DNA of 64,000 nt from Alphaproteobacteria bacterium (GCA_964291215.2 OZ219791.1:416001-480000); one strand, 5' to 3'. Positions 1 to 13,329 are shown, counted from the stretch's first letter. The notes: a model not told the origin generated them from the letters alone. Made by a program: numbers and translations.

Positions 1-21
1 GCCGGGCAACGCCGGTTCCGT

Positions 22-1155
22 GTGGCGGCGACGCCGAAAACGATCATGAGCGCGCTCGGCCCGGTGACCTACAGGCGGGCGCGTTATCGCCACGGCGTGG
101 GCGGCCCCTCGTTCGTGCCGGTGGACGAGAGCCTGGGGCTGGTGAACGACTGGCTGACGCGCCCGGCCGCGCGGCTCGGGCTGATGATGATGGGCCACGG
201 CACGGCCAGGGAAGCGGAAGAGTTCTTCTCGGAGATGGGCGCCATGGTGCCGTCGGCGAGCAGCTTGCAGCGGCTCGCCCGGACCATGCATGAGCGCTGG
301 GAGGGCCTGGGGCCGCAGGCGCTGGACAGTATCCGCAACACGGAAGACATCCCATCCGAGGCAGTCAGCGCCTCGGTCTCGCTCGACGGCGTCATGGTGG
401 CGCTGCGTGCCGGCGAGGACGGGCGCGACGAGGCCTGCTGGCGCGAGGCCGCCTGCGGCACGGTCTCCTTCCATGATGGGGAAGGTGAACGGCTCAAGAC
501 CCTCTACTTCGCCCGCATACCGGAGAGCGACAAGCCCACGCTGAAGGCGCAACTCGCAAGCGAGGTCGCGCATATCCGCCAGGCCCGGCCCGACATCGCC
601 ATAGTCGCCGTCGCCGACGGCGCCCCCGACAACTGGACCTTCCTGGAGAGCCTCTCGCCCGAGGCCGAGGCCGTCGACTTCTGGCACGCCTGCGAGCATC
701 TCCGCACAGCCTCCGACCATGCCGTCGATCCCCGCTGGTTCGAGACTTGCCGCCATACCCTGCGACACGACCCGCACGGCAGCGCCAAGGTGATCCGGGC
801 GCTGCGCTACCTGCGCGACAAGGCAGGCAGCAACCGCACCGCGCGCACCGTCATCGAGCGCGAACTCGCCTTCTTCCGCAAGCACCGCAAGCGCATGCGA
901 TACCGCAACCTCAGCGACCGCGGCATCACCATCGGCTCCGGCGTTGTCGAGGCCGCAAACAAAACCCTCGTCGCACAGAGGATGAAGCGCTCCGGCATGC
1001 GATGGCGCATCGCCGGCGCGCAGGCCGTCCTCACCGTACGCGCCCTCATCAAATCCGGGCGCTTCGACCGCGCATGGGCAGGCCTCATGAGCGATGCTGA
1101 TACCCCGGCCAACGACAACAACTGCCTTGGCTACGCCGCCAGGCGCGCCGCATGA
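22..1155 (+). mobile_element. ISKra4-family DDE transposase (5' part probably outside the window; element ends near 1203)
   Basis: Motifs SLDGVMV, VADGAPDNW, DFWHACEHL, IGSGVVEAANK..RMKRSGMRW are typical of ISKra4-type transposases. Confidence 0.8.
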
Positions 1156-1203
1156 GCCACATCAGCCGACCGGTCCCGGCATCGCCATGTCAGACTCACG
1201 CCC

Positions 1204-1806
1204 GTCCTACATCGTAGGCAAAACTCTCATGAATAAAGGAATAACACTTCTTTTTAGACTTGAATCTACTATTTACAATGTCCCTAATTGCGCGAAAGTA
1301 AGCAGTATCCTGTGCTTGAATTGACACGCTGCTGTCGTTGGGCGTTGGTTCAGACACCAATGGACTGGGATCAAAAAGCGGCGGTTTGTCGAATCGAAGC
1401 AAAACAGAGAAACGGTTCGGCGGGACATTTCCATTCGCGTGCCTTTTGTACGAATTCTCGTTCGTGAAATATACCGCTTTAATGGGGAACGGCAAATTCT
1501 GAGAATCGAAATCTGCTCTGTCTCCCCGTACTCAGTTTGGCCATCAAAACCAGCTACTGAAACTGTCAGTTGAAATGCATCATTCAACAGAAATTTTTTG
1601 CGTTCTACGAATTCATATTCGGTCTCGGAGTCGAACTTGGAAATGTTAGCAACAAGCTGCTCACTTTCCTTCCTCGTGAGAACGTTTAATTTACGATATG
1701 CGGCTTTGATTTGTGGCAAGGACAATTGGCATCCACGTATTGGTATATGGTCCTCCCACCACTGGATATCGTTTGTAGCCTTGCTGATTATCGAAGTACC
1801 GGACAT
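1204..1806 (-). pseudogene. AT-rich hypothetical protein, frameshifted near 1500 and truncated by the ISKra4 end
   Basis: ORF 1273..1806 and ORF 1196..1495 read as one protein across a frameshift; GC is clearly lower than in the flanks. Confidence 0.5.
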
Positions 1807-2290
1807 TGTACTCTGCCTCCCATACTGCCTTCAGTCACCTGGACGGCTTCTGTGATTCCCACGCGACGCAAGTGGTCCTTCAACATGGAGATTCGATAGG
1901 ACTGGAGTTTATCCGCGTGGTCAGCGGCGCACACGTCCCAATCAACGATGCGACCAAGCGAGAAGGCGCGGAATCGGCCTTTTCCTTCCTTGCCGTGCAG
2001 AATTCGTTTTCGTCCGTTCGAATGGAATCGCGATTGTTTCCACGATCCTCCCGGACGGGAGGACAACCCCTCGGCTTCGGCAAAGGGAATGCCATGTCCG
2101 TTGTCGGCGACTCTGATGGCCTTTTGAGCCCGTCGAGGTCATTTTCAACCAGCGTCACGTCGATATGCGTGGCATCCGCATCGACCGTGTTCCAGATCAG
2201 CTCGGCCAGGGCAAGGAGGGGTTTTCGGGTCTGCGCGATCCGCTCCAGATGGTCGTCCTGAACCTGTATCTCAAAAGTCCTGGCGGTCAT
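1788..2290 (-). pseudogene. GHKL (HATPase_c/MutL/MORC-like) ATPase N-terminal fragment
   Basis: [11 protein letters not shown], then ADNGHGIP and HGKEGKGRF in shifted frames; the start overlaps the hsdR stop (ATGA). Confidence 0.7.
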
Positions 2291-4031
2291 GCTGCCCACT
2301 TCGCCGATAGCACTTCGGCCTGTTGCAGAACCGTCTGCACGGCGGCGTCCTGGAGGTCGGGCGGATACCCGTGCCTGCGCAGGATGCGCTTGACCAGAAC
2401 CCGCATCCGGGCGCGGGCCGGCCCGCGGTGCTGCCAGTCCACGGAGGCTTTGCTTTTCAGCCCGTTCAGCAATTCCCGGGCGATGACGCGAAGGTGATCG
2501 TTGCCCATCACCTCGACCGCGCTCTCGTTCTGGGCCAGAGCATCGTAGAAGGCGATTTCCTCGGGGCTGAGACCCTCCTCCTCGCCGCGCCGGTGTGCGG
2601 CGCGGATGTCCTTCGCAAGCCCGATCAGTTCCTGAAGGACCTCGGCCGTCGTGAGGGCGTTGCCGTGGTAGCGGGCGATCGCTTCCTCCAGCCTCCGGGA
2701 GAAGGCCCGGGTCTGCACGACGTTGACCCGGCTTCGCGAGCGAAGCTCCCCGTTGATGAGCTTGCGCAGCGCCTCCAATGCGAGGTTCTTCTTCTCCATC
2801 TCCCGTATCTCGGCCAGGAACTCGTCGGAAAGGATGGAAATGTCGGGCGTGTCCAGTCCGGCGGCTGCGAGAATGTCGACGATCTCGGTCGAAACGACCG
2901 CGCGGCTGACGATCTGCTGAACCGCCAGGTCCCGCTCCGCGGAGGACTTGCCGGCGCCGGGCGCGCTTTTGGCGAGCGCCGCACGGACGGTCTGGAAGAA
3001 GCCCACCTCGTCGCGGATTTCCCGGGCTTCGTCGCTGGCGGCCGCGAGCGCGAACGCCCTGGTGAGCGCCAGCACGGCGTCGTTGAAGCGGCGCCGGGCG
3101 TGCTTCTTGCCTTCCCCGGTCGATTCCCGGGCCGACTCGCGTTGCTGCATGTCGAGGACCCACTCGATGGCGCCGGCCAGCGCCGCGAGCCGCTCCTGCG
3201 GCGACCCGACAAGGCCGTTGCGGAAGTCGAAACCATGGAACATGGCGCTCACGATCTCGTATTTCTCCAGCATGACCGCGACGGCTTCGGCCTCGTCGAT
3301 GCCGGCGTGCCTTCGGTCGTCGCGCGAGTACTGGCCGAGGGCGGACTTCAGGTTCTGCGCGATGCCGATGTAGTCCACGATCAGACCGGCGGGCTTGTCG
3401 CGGAACACGCGGTTGACGCGGGCGATGGCCTGCATGAGCCCGTGCCCCCGCATGGGCTTGTCGATGTACATCGTGTGCAGGCGCGTCGAAGCCGGTCAGC
3501 CACATGTCCCGCACGATCACCAGCCTGAGCGGGTCGTCCGCGTCCTTGATCCGCTTGGCGAGCAGCTCCCGGCGGGCCTTGCCTCCGATGTGGCGTTGCC
3601 AATGCGTCGGGTCCGACGCCGCGCCGGTCATGACGATCTTGATGACGCCGCTTTCGTCGTCGTCGCTGTGCCAGTCCCGGCGCAGCCTGACGATCTCGCC
3701 GTAGAGCGCAACGCAGATGCGGCGGCTCATGCAGACGATCATGGCCTTGCCGTCCATGCCGGCAATACGACTCTCGAAATGGTCGACCAGATCCCGGGCA
3801 ACCAGGCGCAGGCGCTTCTCCGTCCCGACGACGGCCTCGACGTTCGCCAATCGTCTCTTGAGCCGTTCCTGCTCGCCTTCGGCCTCGTCCTCGATCAGTT
3901 CGGCGACCTCGTCGTCGAGCGCCGGCTTCTCGCCTTCGTCGAGTTCGATGCGGACGAGGCGGCTCTCGTAGTAGATCGGTACGGTCGCGCCGTCTTCGAC
4001 GCCGCGGTTGATGTCGTAGATGTCAATGTAA
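2287..4031 (-). pseudogene. hsdR: Type I restriction subunit R, C-terminal half; frameshift near 3480; N-terminus lost at the ISAzo13 junction
   Basis: [52 protein letters not shown]-terminal GYPPDLQ. Confidence 0.9.
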
Positions 4032-5259
4032 GGATTCTCGCCAAAATAGATTGTTTTTTGATGTGGATCTGCTATCTAATGTGTCATGGAAGCGATAGTC
4101 GATACGCTGCGATCCAAATTTGTGGTGTTGCGTCCGGTTCTGAACGAACGTGCGCGGCGCCTGTGGGCGGCGACGGAGGCCCGTGCCATCGGGCGCGGAG
4201 GCATTGCGCGAGTGGCTGAGGCGACGGGGATGTCGCGCAGCACCGTTCGCGCCGGGCTGAAGGAGCTTGATTCGGAATCTTCGAGTGAGATTCCTTCAGG
4301 ACGTTTGCGTCGCCCCGGCGGCGGGCGCAAGCGGGTGGCGGATGTGGATCCGGGTTTGGTGGCGGCGCTGGAGCGCGAGCTTGAACCGATGACGCGCGGC
4401 GATCCGGAGAGTCCGCTGCGGTGTCACAGTGCCGCACGGCTGGCGGACCGTCTTGCGGTCGAGGGCCACCGCGTCAGCGAGCGCACGGTGAACCGGCTGC
4501 TCCACGATCTGGGGTACAGCCTCCAGGCCAATCGCAAGACGCTGGAAGGCCGCCAGCCCGGGATGCGCAGTTCCGACGCGCCGGGTGCGCGCGTTCCAGA
4601 GGCTGGGCCAGCCTGTGGTGACACGAAGAAGAAGGAAATCCAGTACCGCAATGGCGGCCGGGCCCCAAGGGCGACCCTGAAGCCGTCAACGTGCATGACT
4701 TCCCCAATCCAGAGCTCGGCAAGGCGATCCCCTACGGGGTCTACGATCTCACCGCCAACGCCGGCTGGGTCAGCGTCGGACACGACACGGCGGCGTTCGC
4801 GGTTGAGACCCTGCGCCGCTGGTGGCGGCAGATGGGCCGGCTGCTCTATCCCGATGCCAAGCGCCTGCTGATCACCGCCGACGGCTCCAACAACAGCCGC
4901 AACCGGCTGTGGAAGCTGCAGCACCTCGCCGACGAACTCGGGTTGAAGGTGTCGGTGGCCCACTTCCCGCCCGGAACCAGCAAGTGGAACAAGATCGAGC
5001 ACCGGATGTTCTGCCATATCACCCAGAACTGGCGCGGCCGGCCCCTCGTCAGCTACCAGGTGATCGTCAAGCTGATCGCCGCGACCACCACCGGCCTCAC
5101 CATACGCTCGGACCTCGACGAGAACAGCTATCCGCTCGGGGTCAAGGTCAGCGACGATGAGATGGACGGCCTCGCCATCCGCAGAGACCCGTTCCACGGC
5201 GAGTGGAACTACACCCTCACGCCACGGACATAACGAATATATTATTTTGGCTAGAGTCC
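4032..5259 (+). mobile_element. ISAzo13-family IS, transposase degraded by several frameshifts
   Basis: Terminal IRs GGATTCTCGCCAAAATA / TATTTTGGCTAGAGTCC; motifs TRGDPESPLR, HDFP..LGKAIPYGVYD, PPGTSKWNKIEHRMF, FHGEWNY. Confidence 0.9.
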
Positions 5260-5576
5260 TTACCATTGTCTGCCAGCACCACATGGTCCCGCTCGATCTC
5301 CCGATGGAACTGCTCCGGCAGACGCGCCCAGTCCCGGGCCTCTACCAGGAAAGGAATGTACGATTCCCGCACCGCCTCCTCGAAGCCCGCCAACTTGTCG
5401 GCCGGGATCTCCCGCTGTCCCGGCCCGCGCAGCACCAGATCGAGATCACTGCCGTCATGGCTGCGCCCATTGACGCGGCTGCCATAGGCCCACACCTCTA
5501 CATCGGGCAAATGCTCCCGCAACAGTGCCTCCAGTGCCTCTCGATGCTTCGGATGGAGATGCATCCGGTCAGTCAT
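5260..5576 (-). CDS. Minimal nucleotidyltransferase (MNT), 3' end cut by the IS
   Basis: WAYGSRVNG..SDLDLV Pol-beta-like motif. Confidence 0.8.
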
Positions 5577-5816
5577 CCGGCGCCGCCTCGATCATGTCCG
5601 CCAGCGCCCGGGCATCGGCGATAAAGTCGGGCAACAGCCTCAGCGTGGCTTCGGCGAAGCCTGCGCCGTAGTCGTGCGCGGTATCGTTATCGACAATCCC
5701 TCGCAGATCATGGCAGGGGCAAGGCTGTCGGGGAACAGCCTTCACCGGAAGGCGCCGCGCGCCTTGGTTTGCCGAAATGTTTCCCAACGCATGCAGAGGA
5801 TGGGAAGAGGCCATCG

Positions 5817-5820
<4 letters not shown>
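5569..5820 (-). pseudogene. HEPN (HI0074-like) remnant, the partner of the MNT
   Basis: C-terminal NDTAHDYG..FAEATLRLLPDFIADARAL resembles the R-x4-H region of HEPN proteins; the N-terminal part is scrambled or deleted. Confidence 0.6.
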
Positions 5821-7353
<1,533 letters not shown>

Positions 7354-7506
7354 ATATAGTCTGAATCCTTGGCCGCCAACGCGGATACAGTTTGCCGACT
7401 CGGCTCTACGAATACCACTGCATACTTGGCCGACACGGTTCGGGCGGGGAAGGATCCCGTGGATCGCGGTGCCACCATTCCAGCGTCGCCGACGCTGCCC
7501 AACAGA

Positions 7507-7640
7507 TCATAGGGTGAGGCCCTTCGCGCGGCTCTGGCCGTAGAAGCGCTTGAGCGCGGAGAAGGCGGCCTCGACCGGTGCCCGGTGCCGGTAGATCAGG
7601 CGGTTGCGGCGCTGCTGCCAATGAGGCAGCGCCGCCGTTG
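7507..7640 (-). mobile_element. IS5-family transposase C-terminal remnant
   Basis: [26 protein letters not shown]. Confidence 0.6.
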
Positions 7641-7720
7641 ACAATCGGCCGCAGACACGACTACCATCGATCCCGTTCCGATACCGAGCTAGCGTTTCGA
7701 GGGAAGGAGCCGGGACAGGG

Positions 7721-8803
7721 GTGATGAAGAGCGACCTGAGAGAACAGGTAATGGAGTGGCTGACCAGCGCCGACACGTGCTTCCTGCTTGGCGCGGGCTG
7801 TAGCGTTTGCGCCGACAAGCCGATGGTCGACACGCTTACGAAGAAGGTGCTGAATGATGCTGATCCAAAACTCAGAGAACAGTTCAAGGGTTTGAAGGCA
7901 GTTGGCGACCGCTCGACGACGGTAGAAGACCTCATCAGCTACCTGATTCGATACAAGGATATCCTCGACAAGATCACGAATGCGGACGGCCACGAAATCT
8001 CCATCGAGTCGATCGATTCGTGGCTCACCGAGATCAAGGGCAAGATTGTCGCTGCGGTCACCGATGACTGGATGCCGAGTGACTACCATAAACGGTTTCT
8101 GCGCCGCGTATCCGGACAAGCCCAGCGCAGGTCGAAGGACATATTCACCCTGAACTACGATACATTGCTGGAAGCGAGTCTCGACGAGTTACGCATTCCC
8201 TATGCGGACGGCTTCCGAGGTGGCCACCGAGCGTGGTTCGACCCCTCCACATTCGATGAAGAGAGGGATAGTACGTCATACCGGCTGTTCAAGCTTCATG
8301 GATCGATCAACTGGACGCGCGATGTCGCCGGACATGTCCGGCGCTGCCGCAATACCAACGAAGGTGCACTCGGTGAACGGATCATCGTCTATCCGTCCGA
8401 GCAAAAGTACCTACAAACCCAGTACGGTGTCTATGAAGAGCTGCTGAACCGGTTTCGTAATAGGCTTCGCGCTTCAGGCGCGAACAATTGTCTGGTTGTT
8501 CTCGGTTACAGCTTGAATGACGAGCATATAAACGAAGCGATCATTGACTCGGTGACATCGCGGGGCAGTAACCTCACGGTCATCGCCTTCGTCGGCCCGG
8601 AGGATAACCGCGAGCGCCAGAACGAACGCCTGAAAGCCTTCGGCGAGCGTTGCGATTCCCGGTTCAACGCGTTCATCGGCAGCGGTGCTGCCGGTCATTT
8701 TGTCGGTCATGCACTGGATGCCGATGCAGCCAAAGCGGTGCTGGAAGCCGACCTATGGAAGTTTGAAAAGCTAGTCGATTTCATTGCCAAGGAGGAATCA
8801 TGA
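7721..8803 (+). CDS. SIR2-domain (NADase-type) defence protein
   Basis: FLLGAGCS, IFTLNYD, LFKLHGSINW, VLGYSLNDEHIN. Confidence 0.9.
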   Translation: MMKSDLREQVMEWLTSADTCFLLGAGCSVCADKPMVDTLTKKVLNDADPKLREQFKGLKAVGDRSTTVEDLISYLIRYKDILDKITNADGHEISIESIDSWLTEIKGKIVAAVTDDWMPSDYHKRFLRRVSGQAQRRSKDIFTLNYDTLLEASLDELRIPYADGFRGGHRAWFDPSTFDEERDSTSYRLFKLHGSINWTRDVAGHVRRCRNTNEGALGERIIVYPSEQKYLQTQYGVYEELLNRFRNRLRASGANNCLVVLGYSLNDEHINEAIIDSVTSRGSNLTVIAFVGPEDNRERQNERLKAFGERCDSRFNAFIGSGAAGHFVGHALDADAAKAVLEADLWKFEKLVDFIAKEES

Positions 8804-10491
8804 CCGTTGCGATTCTGAAGATTGGCCGCGTAATCGAGGTCTCAGGATCGAAGGTCGTGGGTGCGCTTGCGGGCACGGTCGAAGATCTTTACCGAACATA
8901 CAAGAGCCGTCGTTACAGGGTTGGGCAGATCGGATCTATCGTAAAGATCGAGGCCGGCGACAAGCTAGTGTTTGGCGTGGTAACGGCCCTGCGCATGACT
9001 GAAACTCCCCTTGATGGCGGACCACCGGCAGATATTGTGGAGGCGTCACCAGACGCCAAATGGTTGGAAATCGAGCTGTTCGGCGAGGCGCTGCGCACCG
9101 GCCTCGGCGAAAGTGATTTCGAGTTTCAGCGCGGCGTGGTTACGTATCCGCTTCCGGGCCAAGGCATTTTTGTTGCCAGCGTCGCCGAGCTCGAACGCAT
9201 CTATCATAAGCCGGACAGGGCGGGCATCCATATCGGTACGCTCTCGCAGGCGTCCTCTCTGCCTGTGTACTTGCTTGCAGACGAGTTGCTCGGAAAGCAC
9301 TTTGCCATTCTTGGCACGACTGGATCGGGCAAGTCATGTTCGGTAACCGTACTGCTGCGTGCTATTCTTGAAGTCGCGCCAAAAGCCCACATGATTTTGC
9401 TTGATCCACACAACGAGTACCAACGAGCATTTCCCGAGTGCGCCGAAATCATTGATCCTACAACGCTCAACCTGCCGCACTGGCTCCTAAACTTCGAGGA
9501 GAGTGTAGAGCTGTTCATTGGCAAAACAGAGCATGTGGCGACGAGCCAAGCGAATATCCTGAAGGATGCCATCCTCGCCGCGCGGCGAGCATTCGAGCTT
9601 CCCGATATCGCTCGTGAACATATTACGGTGGATACGCCAATTCCTTACAAGTTGAGCGAGCTGATCGATAAGATCGATGCCAGCAAACCATCTCAGCCGT
9701 CAAAGCAAGACTCCTATCTCAAGATCAAGAGTAAGGTTGAAACGCTGCGGCAGGATAGTCGCTTTTCATTTCTGATTCGTCCTGACGAAGACGTAACCGA
9801 CGAGCTGGTACATATTGCCGGGCAGTATCTACGCATACCGGTATCTGGCAAACCGCTGTCGATCATTGATCTTTCGGGTATCCCCTCGGACGTTGTGGAT
9901 GTCGTCGTATCAGTATTGTGCCGTATGATTTTTGATTTCGCGGTCTGGAGCCAGCGTCCTGTTCAGGTGCCGATACTCTTGGTTTGCGAAGAGGCACATC
10001 GCTATGCCCCGCGTGGCAGTGATGCGGCCTTCCAGCCGACCAGACAAGCGCTCGCGCGCATTGCCAAGGAAGGCCGAAAATACGGAGTCGGTCTTGGGTT
10101 GATTTCACAACGCCCATCTGAACTGGCAGAATCAATTCTCTCGCAATGCAACACCCTTGTCGCATTGCGGATGAGCAACGAACAAGATCAGAATTTTGTG
10201 CAACGTGCGCTGCCCGACTCGGTTCGTAGCCTGGTCAATGTGCTATCGACGCTGCGGACGCAGGAAGCGCTGGTGGTCGGTGAAGGGTCGGTTGTGCCAG
10301 TTCGGCTGCGCTTCAAAGACCTTGCAAAGGAGCATCAGCCGCAAAGTGCCGATGTGCCCTTTGTCAGCAGTTGGTCGGAGGAAGAAGCAGATCTTGAATA
10401 TGTGAAGAGTGTGGTGCGACGTTGGCGTCTTCAGGAACGCCCACCGATTGCCGTGGCAAACGCAAACAGAGAGGCAGACGACCGAGCATAG
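8800..10491 (+). CDS. HerA/FtsK-like ATPase (partner in a Sir2-HerA system)
   Basis: N-terminal HAS-barrel-like region, KHFAILGTTGSGKS, LLDPHNEY, EEAHRY, KEGRKYG, SQRPSEL; ATGA overlap with the SIR2 gene. Confidence 0.9.
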   Translation: MTVAILKIGRVIEVSGSKVVGALAGTVEDLYRTYKSRRYRVGQIGSIVKIEAGDKLVFGVVTALRMTETPLDGGPPADIVEASPDAKWLEIELFGEALRTGLGESDFEFQRGVVTYPLPGQGIFVASVAELERIYHKPDRAGIHIGTLSQASSLPVYLLADELLGKHFAILGTTGSGKSCSVTVLLRAILEVAPKAHMILLDPHNEYQRAFPECAEIIDPTTLNLPHWLLNFEESVELFIGKTEHVATSQANILKDAILAARRAFELPDIAREHITVDTPIPYKLSELIDKIDASKPSQPSKQDSYLKIKSKVETLRQDSRFSFLIRPDEDVTDELVHIAGQYLRIPVSGKPLSIIDLSGIPSDVVDVVVSVLCRMIFDFAVWSQRPVQVPILLVCEEAHRYAPRGSDAAFQPTRQALARIAKEGRKYGVGLGLISQRPSELAESILSQCNTLVALRMSNEQDQNFVQRALPDSVRSLVNVLSTLRTQEALVVGEGSVVPVRLRFKDLAKEHQPQSADVPFVSSWSEEEADLEYVKSVVRRWRLQERPPIAVANANREADDRA

Positions 10492-10553
10492 TGCGAGACT
10501 TTCATAGGCGAAGATTACTTGTGGGAATCCAGTGCGGCCTTGCTGGTTTGGAC

Positions 10554-10790
10554 CGTGCCTATCCGCTTGTTTCATACACCCACTAGATGTGGGGTAACGG
10601 GATGCTGCCAATTTCCGGAGTACCATCCGGCGAAAATCGGGCCTTCCGTCGTCGCTGCGATCCGAAACCCAGGCAGCGATTGGGGAAGCTCCAGGTTGGG
10701 ACGATCGAAAATGTCCATGAAGCACTGCCCTCCCGGCTCACCGGGAGCCTACTATATCTAGTGGGTGTATGAAACAAGCGGATAGGCACG
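10554..10790. mobile_element. 237-bp MITE, IS1595-family (ISSod11-like) ends
   Basis: Perfect 35-bp TIR CGTGCCTATCCGCTTGTTTCATACACCCACTAGAT; 8-bp TSD GTTTGGAC on both sides. Confidence 0.9.
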
Positions 10791-10911
10791 GTTTGGACAA
10801 TGCCTGCACGCTACCGAAGGCGGATATCAAGCAGCTAGAGAGGTTGCCGTCGATAATCACCAGAATCTGAACCGTGACAGCAGCCTTCTTATCCTCAACG
10901 CGGGGACAGGT

Positions 10912-12288
10912 CTACAACCAGTCCAGGGCCGGGCGTCGGGTCGACGCATTCGGGTCACCGTCCAACTCGATGCCATCCGTCCGCTCGGTCCCCTCGGGTC
11001 TCACGCAAAGGGGCGTTCGCTTCTCCTCAGGTTGGGGGGACGGCCCGCCGGCGAACGAGAATTCGGGCACCGCGCTCAATATGTCGCCGTGCTCCGCCTC
11101 GTCCGGCAGCGGAGGCGCCTCCGCCCTGTACCCCATTGCTCGCGCGATGACGGCGGCGGCCTGGGCGGCGGCGACCCGCAGCGCGCCATCGTCGAGATGG
11201 GCGTAGATCGCGGTGGTCTCCCGCTTGCGGTGTCCGAGCAGCCGTCCGACCGTGGTGAGCCCGACGCCGTTCATGACGCCCTAGGAGGCCCAGGTGTGGC
11301 GGCAGTCGTGGATGCGAAGGCCCGGAAGCCCCGCCTCGTCGCGGATACCGCACCAGAAGGTGTAGAGCCTTGCCGGTGTGAGGGTCTCGGGGAACACCCG
11401 CTCCCGGCCATCCGGTCGCGGCAGCGCCTCGACCAGCCTTGCCGCTTCGGGTCCGAGCCAGATGGTGCGCGGGCCGGTCTTGGAGTCTTCGATGCGCGCG
11501 CTCGCGCCGTCTCCGGTCAACTCTCCGATCTCGTCCCACCTGAGGTTGATGACTTCGGAGAGCCGCGCTCCGGTCAGGGTCAGCAGCCGGATGGCCGCCA
11601 CCGGCCAGGGGTGGTCCTCCCGGTGTCGATCCAGCACCGCGCCGAGACGCTCCAGCTCTTCGCGGCTGAGGTAACGCGCGACAGGCTTGCGGGGGTTCTT
11701 CACGATGTTGGCGCAGGCATCGGGGACATGCTCGCCGATGTCGCCCCACTGCCGGGCCGTCCCGAGCATGGCGCGGAGTATCTCGAAGGCGCGGTTGGCG
11801 GCGCCGGGCCTGTCCGCGCTGGCGGCGTCGAACCATGCCGAGACGCGGGCATGGTCGATGGCGTCGAGCCGGAGCCTGCCGAAATGCGGCATCAGGCGGT
11901 TCTTCATGTAGCTATCGAAGGTCTTGAGCGAGGACGGCTTCCAGCGGTGTTTCCGCCGCGAGCGGTAACGGGCGGCGAAGTCCCGGAACAGCGGCGCCTT
12001 CTCCTTGCGCGGCGGCGTCACGTCTTCGCCGCCCCACAGGCGGGCGAGCACGGCCGCGCCTTCCCGGCGGGCTGCGTCGAGAGGCAGTTCGGGGAAGCGC
12101 CCGAGGGTGATCTTGCGCATGCGTCCCCGGACGCGGGTCTGGACGATCCAGGACCTGACGCCGGAGGGCTGCACCCTGACCCCGAAATGCGCCAGCAGAT
12201 TGTCCCACAGGGTGTATTCCCGTTCCGCCGGCTTGGCGGCGGCGACGGCCTTCACGGTGAGCCGGACACGATGCCTGCGGCCGCTCAT
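10912..12288 (-). pseudogene. Tyrosine recombinase with arm-binding domain; in-frame TAG at 11281-11283
   Basis: TGARLSE, DSKTG, IHDCRHTWAS*GVMNG, LLGH, TAIYAH. Confidence 0.85.
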
Positions 12289-13329
12289 CGCCCATTCTCC
12301 TTCCCGGTCATGGCCTCGTGGACGATGCCGGAGATGCGCCCGGCCGCCTCGCGGACATGCTCGTCGGCGAGATGGGCGTAGCGTTCGGTGGAGGCGGTAT
12401 CGGCATGGCCGAGCAGGCGGCCGACGGTGTAGAGGTCGAGGCCGCTCATCACGGCATGGGAGGCGAAGGTATGCCGGCAGTCGTGGATGCGCACATCGTC
12501 CAGCCCGGCGAGACCGCGCAGCTTCTGCCAGCGCAGGCCGAGGTCGGTCATCGGGCCGTCGCCCTTCCCGTTCGGGAAGACGAAGCGTCCCTCGCGCGGC
12601 AGGCCATTCAGGACGGCCCGCGGGGGAAGCTGGAGCGCCCGGTCTTGGAGTCCGGCAACACCGCGCGGGTGTCCCGTATCCAGTCCCATTGCAGGCCGGC
12701 GATCTCGGACGACCGGGCGCCGGTGAACAGCAGCAGGCGGCCTGCCGGTCCTCCGCATGGTCGAGCACGAAGCCGAGGCGCTTCAACTCGTCCAGGGACA
12801 GGAACCGCTCGCGCGGCGCCGTCCTGTAGCGCCGCATGTTGCGGCAGGGGTTGGAGCCCTGCGGGCGAAGGTCCCACAGCTCCGCCTGCCGCATCATCAC
12901 CGAGAGCACCGGCAGGGTCCGGTTGGCGCTGCCGAGGGTTCCGCTGAGGGAATCGAACCAGCGCCGCACATCGGCGCGGTCGATCTTCGCGACGGGCATC
13001 GCGCCGAAGAAGGGCAGGAGGCGGCGCATGAAGTCGGCCGCGAAGTCGGCGAACAGCGGCCCGGTCTCGCGGTCGGCTTTGGCTTCGGCGATGGCGGCAA
13101 TGGCCTTCTCCCTCGCCTCGGCGGCGGTCATGTCGTCGGTCGTGCCGAGGATCGCCCTGGGCGCGCCGAACTGGCGTGAGGTCCGGACGAAGAAGGTCTT
13201 CGTCCCGTTCCCGGCGACGGTGAAGCCGAAGGCGGGCAGGTCCCTGACGGTCAGGCCGTATCGTCCGGGTTTCTTCTCCCTGAAGGTGCGGCGGACCGTC
13301 CGCTCGTTGACGGGGGCATGGATGCGCAT
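12285..13329 (-). pseudogene. Tyrosine recombinase, internally deleted and frameshifted; tandem with the integrase downstream
   Basis: TGARSSEI, DSKTG, IHDCRHTFAS, LLGH, TERYAH spread over three frames. Confidence 0.85.
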
